A stretch of DNA of 64,000 nt from a virus, in the IMG/VR virus record IMGVR_UViG_3300028384_000657, positions 1 to 64,000 of that record; one strand, written 5' to 3'. The translations under genes and the position numbers were made by a program. The notes under the pieces were generated by a model. The model did no database searches. It was not told the origin of the DNA and saw nothing but the letters and a program-made list of their open reading frames with translations. Shown here piece by piece: positions 49,997 through 57,217 of this stretch. The first letter of the stretch is position 1, and every line of letters begins with the position of its first letter.

Positions 49997-51137
49997 AGTA
50001 GAAGGAATGACCGTATTTAACAAAACCAAAGTAGACACAAAAAATCAACCTATGTTCTTTGGGCAACCTCTTGGTGTCCAAAGATATGACGAATATAAGT
50101 ATCCTGTATTTGACAAATTGACCCAGCAGCAACTGGGATATTTCTGGAGACCAGAAGAAGTATCATTACAAAAGGACCGCAGTGATTACCAAACTTTATC
50201 GGAACAGCAAAGGCACATTTTTACCAGCAATCTTAAATACCAAATCATGCTGGATTCTGTACAAGGGCGCGGTCCTGGGATGGCTTTTATCCCTTACTGC
50301 TCACTCCCTGAACTAGAAGCATGTATGACAGTATGGGAATTTATGGAGATGATCCATAGTCGTTCCTATACATATATTATTAAGAATGTATATTCTAATC
50401 CTGGTGATGTCTTTGACACTATCTTGGATGATGAGAATGTAATGTCTCGTGCCTCATCAGTTACTGAATCGTATGATAGTTTCATCGAACATGCTCATCA
50501 GTATGATGGCAGCACTATGTGGGATCTTGCAAGAGAAGGTCACCAGGGTGGACAATGGGAACGCCGTGAGTTGAAGCGTAAACTCTATAGAGCAATTGCT
50601 AATGTCAATATCCTCGAAGGAATCCGTTTCTATGTGTCGTTTGCGTGCTCGTTTGCTTTTGGCGAGAATAAACTTATGGAGGGCTCGGCTAAGATTCTCT
50701 CTCTTATCGCTAGAGATGAAAGCCAACACCTGGTTATCACGCAAAATATCCTCAGAAAATGGTCAGAAGGAGACGACCCAGAAATGAAACTGATTGCTCA
50801 GGAGGAGCAATCATATGTCACTGAAATGTTTAAGCGTACTGTAGAAGAAGAGAAAGCGTGGGCTAATTATCTTTTCAGAGATGGTAGTTTGATTGGACTT
50901 AACGATCGTTTGTTGTATAACTATGTTGAGTGGATTGCAAATCGTAGGATGAAGGCAGTCGGTATCAAACCGATTTACGACATTCCTGCAAAGAACAATC
51001 CTCTTCCTTGGACTGAGCACTGGCTCAATTCTAAGGGACAACAAAACGCACCTCAGGAAACGGAGATTGAATCGTATGTCGTCGGAGGAATTAAACAAGA
51101 TGTCACAGCAGGAACCTTCGCTGGATTCTCTTTGTGA
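49971..51137 (+). CDS. nrdB: ribonucleotide reductase beta subunit
   Basis: FWRPEEV, EMIHSRSY, LEGIRFY, RDESQH, APQETE. Confidence 0.98.
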   Translation: MTASPVKSEVEGMTVFNKTKVDTKNQPMFFGQPLGVQRYDEYKYPVFDKLTQQQLGYFWRPEEVSLQKDRSDYQTLSEQQRHIFTSNLKYQIMLDSVQGRGPGMAFIPYCSLPELEACMTVWEFMEMIHSRSYTYIIKNVYSNPGDVFDTILDDENVMSRASSVTESYDSFIEHAHQYDGSTMWDLAREGHQGGQWERRELKRKLYRAIANVNILEGIRFYVSFACSFAFGENKLMEGSAKILSLIARDESQHLVITQNILRKWSEGDDPEMKLIAQEEQSYVTEMFKRTVEEEKAWANYLFRDGSLIGLNDRLLYNYVEWIANRRMKAVGIKPIYDIPAKNNPLPWTEHWLNSKGQQNAPQETEIESYVVGGIKQDVTAGTFAGFSL

Positions 51138-51381
51138 AGATGCTATCTATGATGCAGCAGAACATGGTTGGGATGATCTTTTAGATAAGACAGACCAACC
51201 TGGTAACCCCTTTGCAGAAGACCTTTGGGAAATGGAAAAGAAAAAAGCACAACAGCAAGAACGTAACACTCGACACAGTGTTGATAAGGGTAAAGATTTT
51301 ATTGAATCTGGTATGACCCTTATCACTGATGTAGAATCTGACAAATACTTAAACAGAAATCGTAAAACGGTATCAGATTGA
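51100..51381 (+). CDS. hypothetical protein
   Basis: Acidic ORF overlapping nrdB end; SGMTLITD motif. Confidence 0.6.
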   Translation: MSQQEPSLDSLCEDAIYDAAEHGWDDLLDKTDQPGNPFAEDLWEMEKKKAQQQERNTRHSVDKGKDFIESGMTLITDVESDKYLNRNRKTVSD

Positions 51382-51428
51382 ACTACATTTATTGTGAATT
51401 CATGGTATAAATATAAATGTAGCAATAC

Positions 51429-51444
51429 TGTATTAGTCGCTACA
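51429..51444 (+). promoter_or_regulatory. NtcA-binding site downstream of TATAAATA (repressor position)
   Basis: TGTA-TTAGTCGC-TACA is a perfect TGTA-N8-TACA; TATAAATA at about 51406. Confidence 0.7.
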
Positions 51445-51684
51445 ACTTATACGTTCATCCAATGTTTAGTATCTTACTGGCATTGACCCTTGCCCATCAT
51501 AATGACGGGTCACCTTATGGGTGGCACATGAGTTGTGAAAGGTTTCTACAGAGAAGAGTTGAAATCCTTATGGATGACAACTTAGATCGTCGCACCAAGT
51601 ATAACCTTATTGGTTATCTTAAGTCGAAGGTAGAAGGTCAGTGTGATAGTATGCTAATCTAGGACGCAAGTAAGTCGCGGAACG
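51445..51684 (+). ncRNA. glutamine-riboswitch-like aptamer 1 (glnA/Downstream-peptide family), P2 loop containing ORF 51462-51662
   Basis: CGTTCA-TCC (51452-60) ... GGA-CGCAAGTAAGTCGCG-GAACG (51662-84); P1 CGTTC/GAACG. Confidence 0.6.
51462..51662 (+). CDS. small two-Cys protein nested in aptamer 1
   Basis: MFSILLALTLA...SCERF...GQC, 66 aa. Confidence 0.65.
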   Translation: MFSILLALTLAHHNDGSPYGWHMSCERFLQRRVEILMDDNLDRRTKYNLIGYLKSKVEGQCDSMLI

Positions 51685-51687
51685 GAG

Positions 51688-51866
51688 CGTTCATCCCATG
51701 TTTGAGTTATTACTCTATTCTAATATTGCTTGTGCTGATGCTATCGAAATGATCGAGCGTATCAGCAAACATGAGCATATGGAAGCAGCAATCAGGACAG
51801 AGCTTATTGAAGTAATTCAAGAAGCAACCCCCGAGTGTCCATGGGACGCAAACGACTGAAGGAACG
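51688..51866 (+). ncRNA. glutamine-riboswitch-like aptamer 2, P2 loop containing ORF 51698-51859
   Basis: CGTTCA-TCCCATG (51688-700) ... CATGGGA-CGCAAACGACTGAAG-GAACG (51840-66); perfect 7-bp P2. Confidence 0.68.
51698..51859 (+). CDS. small two-Cys protein nested in aptamer 2 (53 aa, not in ORF track)
   Basis: MFELLLYSNIACADAIEMIERISKHEHMEAAIRTELIEVIQEATPECPWDAND. Confidence 0.65.
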   Translation: MFELLLYSNIACADAIEMIERISKHEHMEAAIRTELIEVIQEATPECPWDAND

Positions 51867-51925
51867 GGTAACGGATCCTCCGAGAGGAGAGAAGGTTAAT
51901 CACCCTATTATTTCAGGAGTCAATT

Positions 51926-52093
51926 ATGAACACCCTCAATCTCATTAGAAAGCAGATCAATAAAGCATCTGCCCTTCACGACGCACAGATCTTTCATACC
52001 ACATACCGTGGTGTCAAGTACGATGTAAACTGTGCTGAGCAAAAGGATGCCCATGGCACCTATTGCTATCGTGGACATGTCTATATCAAGTGA
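51926..52093 (+). CDS. DUF4278-like small protein (55 aa, not in ORF track)
   Basis: AGGAG RBS; TYRGVKY and CYRGHVY repeats. Confidence 0.75.
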   Translation: MNTLNLIRKQINKASALHDAQIFHTTYRGVKYDVNCAEQKDAHGTYCYRGHVYIK

Positions 52094-52100
52094 GGTAGAC

Positions 52101-52196
52101 ATGTTAGCACTACAAACAGTCGGATTGGTGTCTGTTGGATGTGTAGCATTCATCGGCATGATCTATGGAGAACTTATCCTTTTACAAAGAGTATAA
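52101..52196 (+). CDS. 31-aa single-TM peptide
   Basis: GAGG RBS; MLALQTVGLVSVGCVAFIGMIYGELILLQRV. Confidence 0.55.
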   Translation: MLALQTVGLVSVGCVAFIGMIYGELILLQRV

Positions 52197-52208
52197 GGAG
52201 TAGGACAA

Positions 52209-52367
52209 ATGCTGAAGGTCAGACTCGAATATGACCTTCCAGAATTTGATCCAGCGAAACACGATCCAGATAAAACGTTCGCGTTTTTAACTTATCGTGG
52301 CATACACTATGCTAAATGGGTTAATCTAAAACCCTTTGGTAGCAAATCCTGGAAGATCAAATTTTGA
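52209..52367 (+). CDS. second DUF4278-like small protein (52 aa)
   Basis: AGGAG RBS; LTYRGIHY motif. Confidence 0.62.
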   Translation: MLKVRLEYDLPEFDPAKHDPDKTFAFLTYRGIHYAKWVNLKPFGSKSWKIKF

Positions 52368-52377
52368 TTTCCACACA

Positions 52378-52401
52378 AAGGACCCAAACGGGTCCTTTTT
52401 T
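52378..52401 (+). terminator. terminator closing the nitrogen-regulated locus
   Basis: AAGGACCC-AAAC-GGGTCCTT plus T run. Confidence 0.85.
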
Positions 52402-52437
52402 GCTATCCTAAATAGGTACAACCTATACAGGAGAGTC

Positions 52438-53094
52438 ATGAAACTATTTCTGGACTGTTCTGACCCAGAACTTATTGCCTCTGCCTTCGAGACTGGTTTA
52501 ATTGATGGAGCTACTACAAACCCCAGTCTTATGCTGAAAGCGGGTAAAGACCCGATGCAAGTAATCAAAGAAATTTCCTCTATCTTCCCTTGGAATGCTT
52601 CAGTATCCGCTGAAGTTGTTGGAGATACTGCAGAGGAAATGCTTGATATGGCAGAAGATTATCTGGAGATCGGACCAAACATTACTATCAAAGTTCCCTG
52701 CACTATAGAAGGTCTAAAAGCATGTAGAGAACTTGCAGACGACGATGTACCTGTAAACGTAACACTAATTTTCAGCACGGCACAAGCATTACTAGCTGCG
52801 AAAGCGGGAGCAACATATGTTTCTCCTTTCGTTGGTCGTGTATTTGATCAACACTGGGATGGAATTCACCTTATTGAGGAGATTGCAGATGTCTTCGCTA
52901 CTCATGAACTCAAGACAGAAGTTCTTGCCGCTTCTATTAGAGAACCTGTTCAAGTCTCCGACGCTTTTAGAGTGGGAGCTGATATATGTACTCTACCGCT
53001 TCCCATCTTTTACAAACTCTATAAACATATTCTCACTGACAAGGGTTTAGAACTCTTTGATCAGGATTGGAAATCGCTTCAAGAAAAATTGTGA
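52438..53094 (+). CDS. talC: transaldolase TalC
   Basis: MKLFLD, GATTNPSL, TIKVP, VNVTLIFS, YVSPFVGR, LAASIR; late promoter at about 52408. Confidence 0.96.
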   Translation: MKLFLDCSDPELIASAFETGLIDGATTNPSLMLKAGKDPMQVIKEISSIFPWNASVSAEVVGDTAEEMLDMAEDYLEIGPNITIKVPCTIEGLKACRELADDDVPVNVTLIFSTAQALLAAKAGATYVSPFVGRVFDQHWDGIHLIEEIADVFATHELKTEVLAASIREPVQVSDAFRVGADICTLPLPIFYKLYKHILTDKGLELFDQDWKSLQEKL

Positions 53095-53102
53095 GAAACT
53101 CT

Positions 53103-53252
53103 ATGACTAAAGAAGAAGTCGAAGTTCGGATTCTAAAGTTAAAGAATGAATTATACGATGGATCCTGGAGTGCCAGGAATGGTGACTGGCATGATGGTGC
53201 CCACACAATGCTCAATCGAGTGTTGGATATTATACAAGAGTATCGTCTATGA
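53103..53252 (+). CDS. small hypothetical protein
   Basis: 49 aa, WHDGAH. Confidence 0.6.
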   Translation: MTKEEVEVRILKLKNELYDGSWSARNGDWHDGAHTMLNRVLDIIQEYRL

Positions 53253-53413
53253 ATAAAAAAAATTTAAAGACCCTCATTCATGACCTTGAGATCGCGATCA
53301 CTGAACTCAAGGCAGAAGTTTACGCTGATCCCTCTGCTTACATAGATAAAAGTAGCGAGAGGACAGCGAGTAGCTACATTGAACAAAACGACGACGACGG
53401 AGACCCCGACTAA
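53249..53413 (+). CDS. small hypothetical protein (54 aa, not in ORF track)
   Basis: MNKKNLKTLIHDLE...LKAEVYADPSAY...DDDGDPD; ATGA coupled. Confidence 0.65.
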   Translation: MNKKNLKTLIHDLEIAITELKAEVYADPSAYIDKSSERTASSYIEQNDDDGDPD

Positions 53414-53834
53414 TTATGAAAACCCCTGGATTTTTAACGGACACCCTTTTCTATCTGAGGACATTGACGACCATTTCGGTTTTGTCTATTGCATTACAAA
53501 CACACTCACTGGTAAGAGGTACATCGGGAGGAAGTACTTTCACCAATTACGAAAACCTAGAGGTGGAGGTAGGAGAGTTAAAAGTGAAAGCGACTGGAAA
53601 AAATACTACGGAAGCTCTAGTGAACTTACTGAAGATCGCAAACTCCTCGGAAATCTGGTCTTCAAACGAGACATTTTAAGCCTACATAAAACAAAGGGTC
53701 TCACAAACTTTGAAGAGACCCGACAATTATTTCTCAACAACGTACTTACGGAGGCTATGACAGATGGAACGCCTGCTTTCTACAACAGCAACATACTCGG
53801 TAGGTACATGCGAAAAGATTATTTCAACCCTTGA
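53379..53834 (+). CDS. GIY-YIG family endonuclease
   Basis: GFVYCITN...RYIGRK, WKKYYGSS, FYNSNI. Confidence 0.82.
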   Translation: MNKTTTTETPTNYENPWIFNGHPFLSEDIDDHFGFVYCITNTLTGKRYIGRKYFHQLRKPRGGGRRVKSESDWKKYYGSSSELTEDRKLLGNLVFKRDILSLHKTKGLTNFEETRQLFLNNVLTEAMTDGTPAFYNSNILGRYMRKDYFNP

Positions 53835-53859
53835 CCTAAGACCCTGAACCTGCTATACT
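53831..53859 (+). promoter_or_regulatory. sigma70-type promoter upstream of small ORF and tRNA
   Basis: TTGACC-17-TATACT with TG extension. Confidence 0.7.
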
Positions 53860-53882
53860 TACAGGGTAGTTGAGGGACACCA

Positions 53883-54047
53883 ATGCACATCGACTTTGAA
53901 CCTGAAACTGAAACCTCTCTTGAGGAACAGTATCTAGATCAACTCATCGATCAACTTCACACTCTCGCTGAGAGAGGATTTGAAGAAGACGCTAAGCGTC
54001 TCAATGTGTCTATCAACTCTGCCCATAAGATTCTAATGGGTCAGTAG
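53883..54047 (+). CDS. small hypothetical protein whose last codons overlap the tRNA
   Basis: 54-aa ORF MHIDFEPE...KILMGQ with GAGGG RBS. Confidence 0.55.
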   Translation: MHIDFEPETETSLEEQYLDQLIDQLHTLAERGFEEDAKRLNVSINSAHKILMGQ

Positions 54048-54110
54048 TTCAGCGGATAGAACAACGCTCTTCTAAAGCGTTTGTCGGGGGTTCGATTCCC
54101 TCCTGACCCG
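54038..54110 (+). tRNA. tRNA-Arg(TCT)
   Basis: GGGTCAG/CTGACCC acceptor stem, D arm, ACGCT-CTTCTAA-AGCGT anticodon arm, GGTTCGATTCC T loop; no encoded CCA. Confidence 0.93.
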
Positions 54111-54257
54111 TTGCCCTTAAGGGCAAAACGGTCCATTGAGGAAAAGCACATGACTACAACACAAAAGTTCTCGTCCTGTCTCGAAATTCTTTATGAAGCT
54201 GTTGACAGGCAAGTGACACTTGACACCTTACTAAACTTGAACAAGACCTTTTTTATT

Positions 54258-55283
54258 ATGATTGAATCAGTTCTAAAGAACGAACTTTACATGGGTTACA
54301 TCTTCGGTATCATGATACTTGGAGGTTTCATCCGAGAGTATCATGCGCTAGAAGATGTGTATTCTCTTGCTAAGAGATACATTACAGACAATAGAGTTCT
54401 GATTATGATTACCTCCCTACTGGGAGGTATTTTACCTATCCCTGGACGTGTTGCTCTTTCAGCACCACTCCTTGATGCCATCGCCCCGCCTGATAAGAAA
54501 AAGCGTTCTGCTTTCGGTGTGATTGATTACCTATCTACACACCATTACTATTGGTGGTCTCCTCTGGAGAAAACTGTTGTTCTTCCGATGGCAGTCATGG
54601 GTATCACATACTCAGCATGGTTGGGTATGGTTGCTGTTCCTCTGATTATCACTGTGGGATACACATGGTGGTATATCTTCAGCAAAGTTGACCCTAACAA
54701 CTTAGATGTTCTCCAGAATGTTCGTGAGTTTAACTGGCGTCGTGCCCTTAGAGGTTGGGCTCCATTAATTGCTACAGTTATTCTCTTGCTGAATACAGGT
54801 AAGAGTGGTGCGATTTTCTTTTTCCCATGGTTTGGTATGATGTGTGCTTATTACAGCATCATCTACAAAGATTGGAAGTGGGGACGCTGGATCGATGGTA
54901 AGTTTGCTATCGTTGCTACGATCGTCCTTGCCTTCAGTGGCATCGTTGGACAACTCAACGGACCTGTCAAGGAATACTTGGCAAACGCACCTGTTGATGC
55001 TATACTACCAGCATCCCTGGTGGCGGCAGTCGCTGCTTTCATCATGGGTTCCTCTGGTAAGTATGCTGGCATGGCATCCATCTTGATCAAGGTCTTCGGT
55101 CCTCAGTATCTTGTCTGGTTCCTTGCCACTGAGTATGCTGGTTACCTCCTATCACCAGCACACAAGTGCCTTATGATTGGGCAGCAATACTTCGGCACTC
55201 CAATCCGTAAATACTACAAAGTCATTGGCGGATTGTGTGCTATACTGATTGCATACGCAGGTCTCACTACCTTCCTTCTATGA
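54258..55283 (+). CDS. multi-pass membrane transporter-like protein (IT-superfamily-like); in-frame upstream ATG at 54150
   Basis: About 9-10 hydrophobic segments; GGILPIPGRVALSAP, GYLLSPAHKCL. Confidence 0.72.
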   Translation: MIESVLKNELYMGYIFGIMILGGFIREYHALEDVYSLAKRYITDNRVLIMITSLLGGILPIPGRVALSAPLLDAIAPPDKKKRSAFGVIDYLSTHHYYWWSPLEKTVVLPMAVMGITYSAWLGMVAVPLIITVGYTWWYIFSKVDPNNLDVLQNVREFNWRRALRGWAPLIATVILLLNTGKSGAIFFFPWFGMMCAYYSIIYKDWKWGRWIDGKFAIVATIVLAFSGIVGQLNGPVKEYLANAPVDAILPASLVAAVAAFIMGSSGKYAGMASILIKVFGPQYLVWFLATEYAGYLLSPAHKCLMIGQQYFGTPIRKYYKVIGGLCAILIAYAGLTTFLL

Positions 55284-55753
55284 ACAAAGTTGAAGTTCTT
55301 CTTGAACGATTCCCCTATCGGTATGTCTCTGTTGGGGTGCTCGAAAACGGGCACCCTGACTACCGAATCCAAAAATTCGATGAATGGACTAAACGATACA
55401 AAGACATGTATCTTCTAGACAATTCAATTCAATTGGATTATGCCATGGAAGATTTTGAATACACGAAATGGTTAACCATGACATCTTATCAAAAAGCAAT
55501 CAAAGCACTCGAAAAATGCGTCAAAGACGCAATGGAGAATGATGTTGACCCTGGTCTCCAAATGGAAATCTGGCGTCATTATCAAGGCATGAAGGCAGTT
55601 GATCGTCAACTTCCTAAACCTCCTCGCTTCTCTTTCAAACTTGATGGAGTAGATAGGGTCTTTGATGAATATGATCCTGACTATAATATCCAAGCAGCAC
55701 AACCAGTTGACTTGGGTGATACATATGGTAAGGACGTAATCACGTTCTCTTGA
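55280..55753 (+). CDS. hypothetical protein, apparently a fusion of two small genes (second ATG at 55478)
   Basis: ERFPYRYV...EYTKWL directly joined to MTSYQKAIKALE. Confidence 0.6.
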   Translation: MNKVEVLLERFPYRYVSVGVLENGHPDYRIQKFDEWTKRYKDMYLLDNSIQLDYAMEDFEYTKWLTMTSYQKAIKALEKCVKDAMENDVDPGLQMEIWRHYQGMKAVDRQLPKPPRFSFKLDGVDRVFDEYDPDYNIQAAQPVDLGDTYGKDVITFS

Positions 55754-55878
55754 TCTTTGCCAATAGATCTAAAACTAAATGGTTTTAGGCGCGACAGAAG
55801 CAAATATTCCTAGTTTACTAACTAGGTGGTGGAGTCAAGTTGACCCTTATCTGGGACGCTATATGCGTCCCTTTTTTA
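55752..55878 (+). ncRNA. candidate structured RNA followed by terminator
   Basis: GATCT/AGATC, CTAAAAC/GTTTTAG and CCTAGTT/AACTAGG stems, GGTGGAGTCAAGTTGACCC, then GGGACGC-TATAT-GCGTCCC plus Ts. Confidence 0.45.
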
Positions 55879-55879
55879 T

Positions 55880-56440
55880 ATGAACTTATCTACATTTCTC
55901 TTAGATAAAATTGGATTAATTTGTGAGCAGATTCCTCCTGAAGAATTTGAGGAACTAACTGAATGTGCGTATGAAGGATTAGAAAATAAAATTCCTCTTG
56001 GTGATAATCAATCGATATCAATCAAGGAAGAGTATAAGATGCGTATTCCAAGAAGGTTTTCTGCTTGGATGACTAATACGGTTCATGAAAAGATGACACG
56101 TCATTGTCGTGAGTATGGTTTCTACAACATGCCAAGAGAGGGACTATTCATTCCTATGATGTGGGTGAATAGAATGAAAAAGGGTGACCAACATCAAGTG
56201 CATCAACACAATAATTCATTGTACTCCTTCAGTGCATACATTTCATGTAGTGATAATGATGCTCCATTCTTTTTTATGCATTCGGATCACATTGAATATC
56301 TTCAAATCAATGAGTACAGTCGTGGGAATACTCTGATATTCCCATCTTTATTGCCGCATAGTGTAGCAATGAAGACTAGTGACGGAGAAAGAATCAGCGT
56401 TTCAGGAAATATTGTTTTTGATTGGGGCTTGACAATGTAA
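55880..56440 (+). CDS. putative 2OG-Fe(II) oxygenase (TIGR02466-like)
   Basis: MWVN, HQVHQH, IFPSLLPHSV, RISVSGN. Confidence 0.82.
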   Translation: MNLSTFLLDKIGLICEQIPPEEFEELTECAYEGLENKIPLGDNQSISIKEEYKMRIPRRFSAWMTNTVHEKMTRHCREYGFYNMPREGLFIPMMWVNRMKKGDQHQVHQHNNSLYSFSAYISCSDNDAPFFFMHSDHIEYLQINEYSRGNTLIFPSLLPHSVAMKTSDGERISVSGNIVFDWGLTM

Positions 56441-56476
56441 AGAAATGCTATATAATAGTAACAGTTCTTTACATAA
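56429..56476 (+). promoter_or_regulatory. sigma70 promoter of hli genes with HLR1/RpaB-like repeats
   Basis: TTGACA...TATAAT; GTAACAGT-TC-TTTACATA downstream and AATGTAAA in the spacer. Confidence 0.6.
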
Positions 56477-56480
56477 GACA

Positions 56481-56699
56481 ATGACCGTTACAACCAACGA
56501 ACATGGTCAGAACAATATGTTCGCCCGCGAGCCGCAAATGTACATCGACAAGACCGAAGCAGAACGCTACGGTTATGAAACATATGCAGAACGTGCCGAG
56601 AAACTGAATGGTCGCACAGCGATGCTCGGTTTTGTGGCAGCACTTATTTCATATGCTACTACTGGTAGTATCTTTTTCTTTGGTGCCTTCGGCATCTAA
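56481..56699 (+). CDS. hli: high-light-inducible protein
   Basis: AERAEKLNGRTAMLGF (ExxNGRxAMxG). Confidence 0.93.
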   Translation: MTVTTNEHGQNNMFAREPQMYIDKTEAERYGYETYAERAEKLNGRTAMLGFVAALISYATTGSIFFFGAFGI

Positions 56700-56743
56700 T
56701 GATTCCCTCACTTTTATCACTAAATTTTTATAGGAGATTTACA

Positions 56744-56851
56744 ATGACACCTGAAGCAGAAAAGTTTAACGGTTGGGCAGCAATGATTGGTATTATTGCA
56801 GCATTCGGAGCATACGCAACTACAGGACAATTGATTCCTGGAGTATGGTGA
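56744..56851 (+). CDS. hli: high-light-inducible protein (35 aa, not in ORF track)
   Basis: AGGAG RBS; MTPEAEKFNGWAAMIGIIAAFGAYATTGQLIPGVW. Confidence 0.92.
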   Translation: MTPEAEKFNGWAAMIGIIAAFGAYATTGQLIPGVW

Positions 56852-56856
56852 ACGAT

Positions 56857-56991
56857 ATGTTGGTCATAGCAGCGTCTCTCATAGGAGGATTTATAGTCGC
56901 ATCCCTATTGAATGAGGACGTAGATGATGATGATCACCATGATGGCGGAATGTTACAACCATTACCAGTCCAAGCACCTAACCCTACCTAA
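56857..56991 (+). CDS. small membrane protein with acidic DDDD-GG tail
   Basis: MLVIAASLIGGFIVASLL-NEDVDDDDHHDGGMLQP. Confidence 0.6.
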   Translation: MLVIAASLIGGFIVASLLNEDVDDDDHHDGGMLQPLPVQAPNPT

Positions 56992-57011
56992 ATAATTTCT
57001 TTGTATAGGAA

Positions 57012-57152
57012 ATGCTGACCGATCTCTATCAAGACATGGAAACCCTGAACGCTCTTTATGAAGAGTTATGCTGGAATCCAGAAACACCCTTAGAGTTTAA
57101 AGCAGATTACGAGAACGATCGTATTATCATCACGCTAAACAAAGATAAATAA
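57012..57152 (+). CDS. small hypothetical protein (46 aa)
   Basis: Late promoter at about 56988, AGGA RBS; LNALYEELCW. Confidence 0.6.
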   Translation: MLTDLYQDMETLNALYEELCWNPETPLEFKADYENDRIIITLNKDK

Positions 57153-57217
57153 AACTGAATATCGTCGTCGCATGACAACGGGGTAACTGGCACAATCCAG
57201 TTGACACCCCGTTTTTT
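57145..57217 (+). ncRNA. candidate late small RNA; its terminator hairpin overlaps the next promoter
   Basis: ATAAATA, GAATATCGTCGTCGCA, long hairpin AACGGGG...CCCCGTT plus Ts. Confidence 0.4.

Noticed and set aside
51920-52159. 79-aa minus-strand ORF in the track
   Set aside because: The plus strand holds two RBS-led ORFs, one with DUF4278-like motifs, that explain the region better.
52336-52437. N-terminal extension of talC
   Set aside because: It spans a terminator and the late promoter; MKLFLD at 52438 has the RBS and matches the family start.
54081-54149. N-terminal extension of the 400-aa ORF
   Set aside because: It starts within the tRNA; credible starts are 54150 or 54258.
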